A stretch of 64,000 bases of DNA, taken from the NCBI GenBank assembly GCA_964455525.1, contig CAYVWR010000006.1, forward strand, positions 192,212-256,211, written 5' to 3'. This document shows, piece after piece, positions 63,998 through 64,000 of the stretch. How positions within the stretch are numbered: position 1 is the stretch's first letter; the number at the start of each line of letters is the position of its first letter. The position numbers were made by a program, and so were the translations under genes. Under the pieces are notes generated by a model, which was not told the DNA's origin, did no database searches, and saw nothing but the letters and a program-made list of their open reading frames with translations. Source of the DNA: an uncultured Alphaproteobacteria bacterium (GTDB lineage Bacteria; Bacteroidota; Ignavibacteria; OLB7).

Positions 63998-64000
63998 AGA

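Overview
High-GC (~60-65%) bacterial chromosomal segment. Several proteins end in type IX secretion (T9SS) C-terminal sorting domains and carry SprB-like Cys-repeat or beta-helix adhesin architectures, which points to the Bacteroidota/Rhodothermota/Ignavibacteriota (FCB) group. No rRNA gene, tRNA gene or CRISPR array was recognised by eye.

Core metabolism and maintenance genes are recognisable from motifs: CTP synthase (pyrG), exodeoxyribonuclease III (xth), an MgtC-family protein, S41 C-terminal processing protease, 6-phosphofructokinase, HrpB helicase, MoaA, a P1B heavy-metal ATPase, a PstS-like lipoprotein, a sensor kinase and an OmpR-type regulator, an SRAP/YedK peptidase, a PAP2 phosphatase and an ECF sigma/anti-sigma pair.

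The accessory and cell-surface content is striking:
- Six T9SS cargo genes lie in the window, three of them giant (1378, 1523 and 1367 aa) repeat proteins.
- Two of the giant cargo genes are each followed immediately by a paralogous OmpA-like outer-membrane protein that carries an N-terminal barrel and two OmpA_C domains. This cargo plus OmpA-partner module therefore occurs twice.
- An uncharacterised envelope gene cluster lies at 7.9-12.7 kb (OmpA/TolB-like lipoprotein, two lipoproteins and a polytopic membrane protein).
- A decayed integrase N-terminal fragment marks a lower-GC islet at 29.7-32.5 kb.
- A second low-GC islet at 53.5-56.7 kb holds a frameshifted IS1595-family transposase remnant capped by a perfect 21-bp inverted repeat, a HigB(Gp49)-like/XRE-HigA-like/unknown three-gene cassette and a start-less Phd/YefM antitoxin remnant.

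Several long perfect palindromes and hairpins sit in intergenic regions. Long ORFs on the opposite strand of real genes were treated as GC-driven shadow ORFs.
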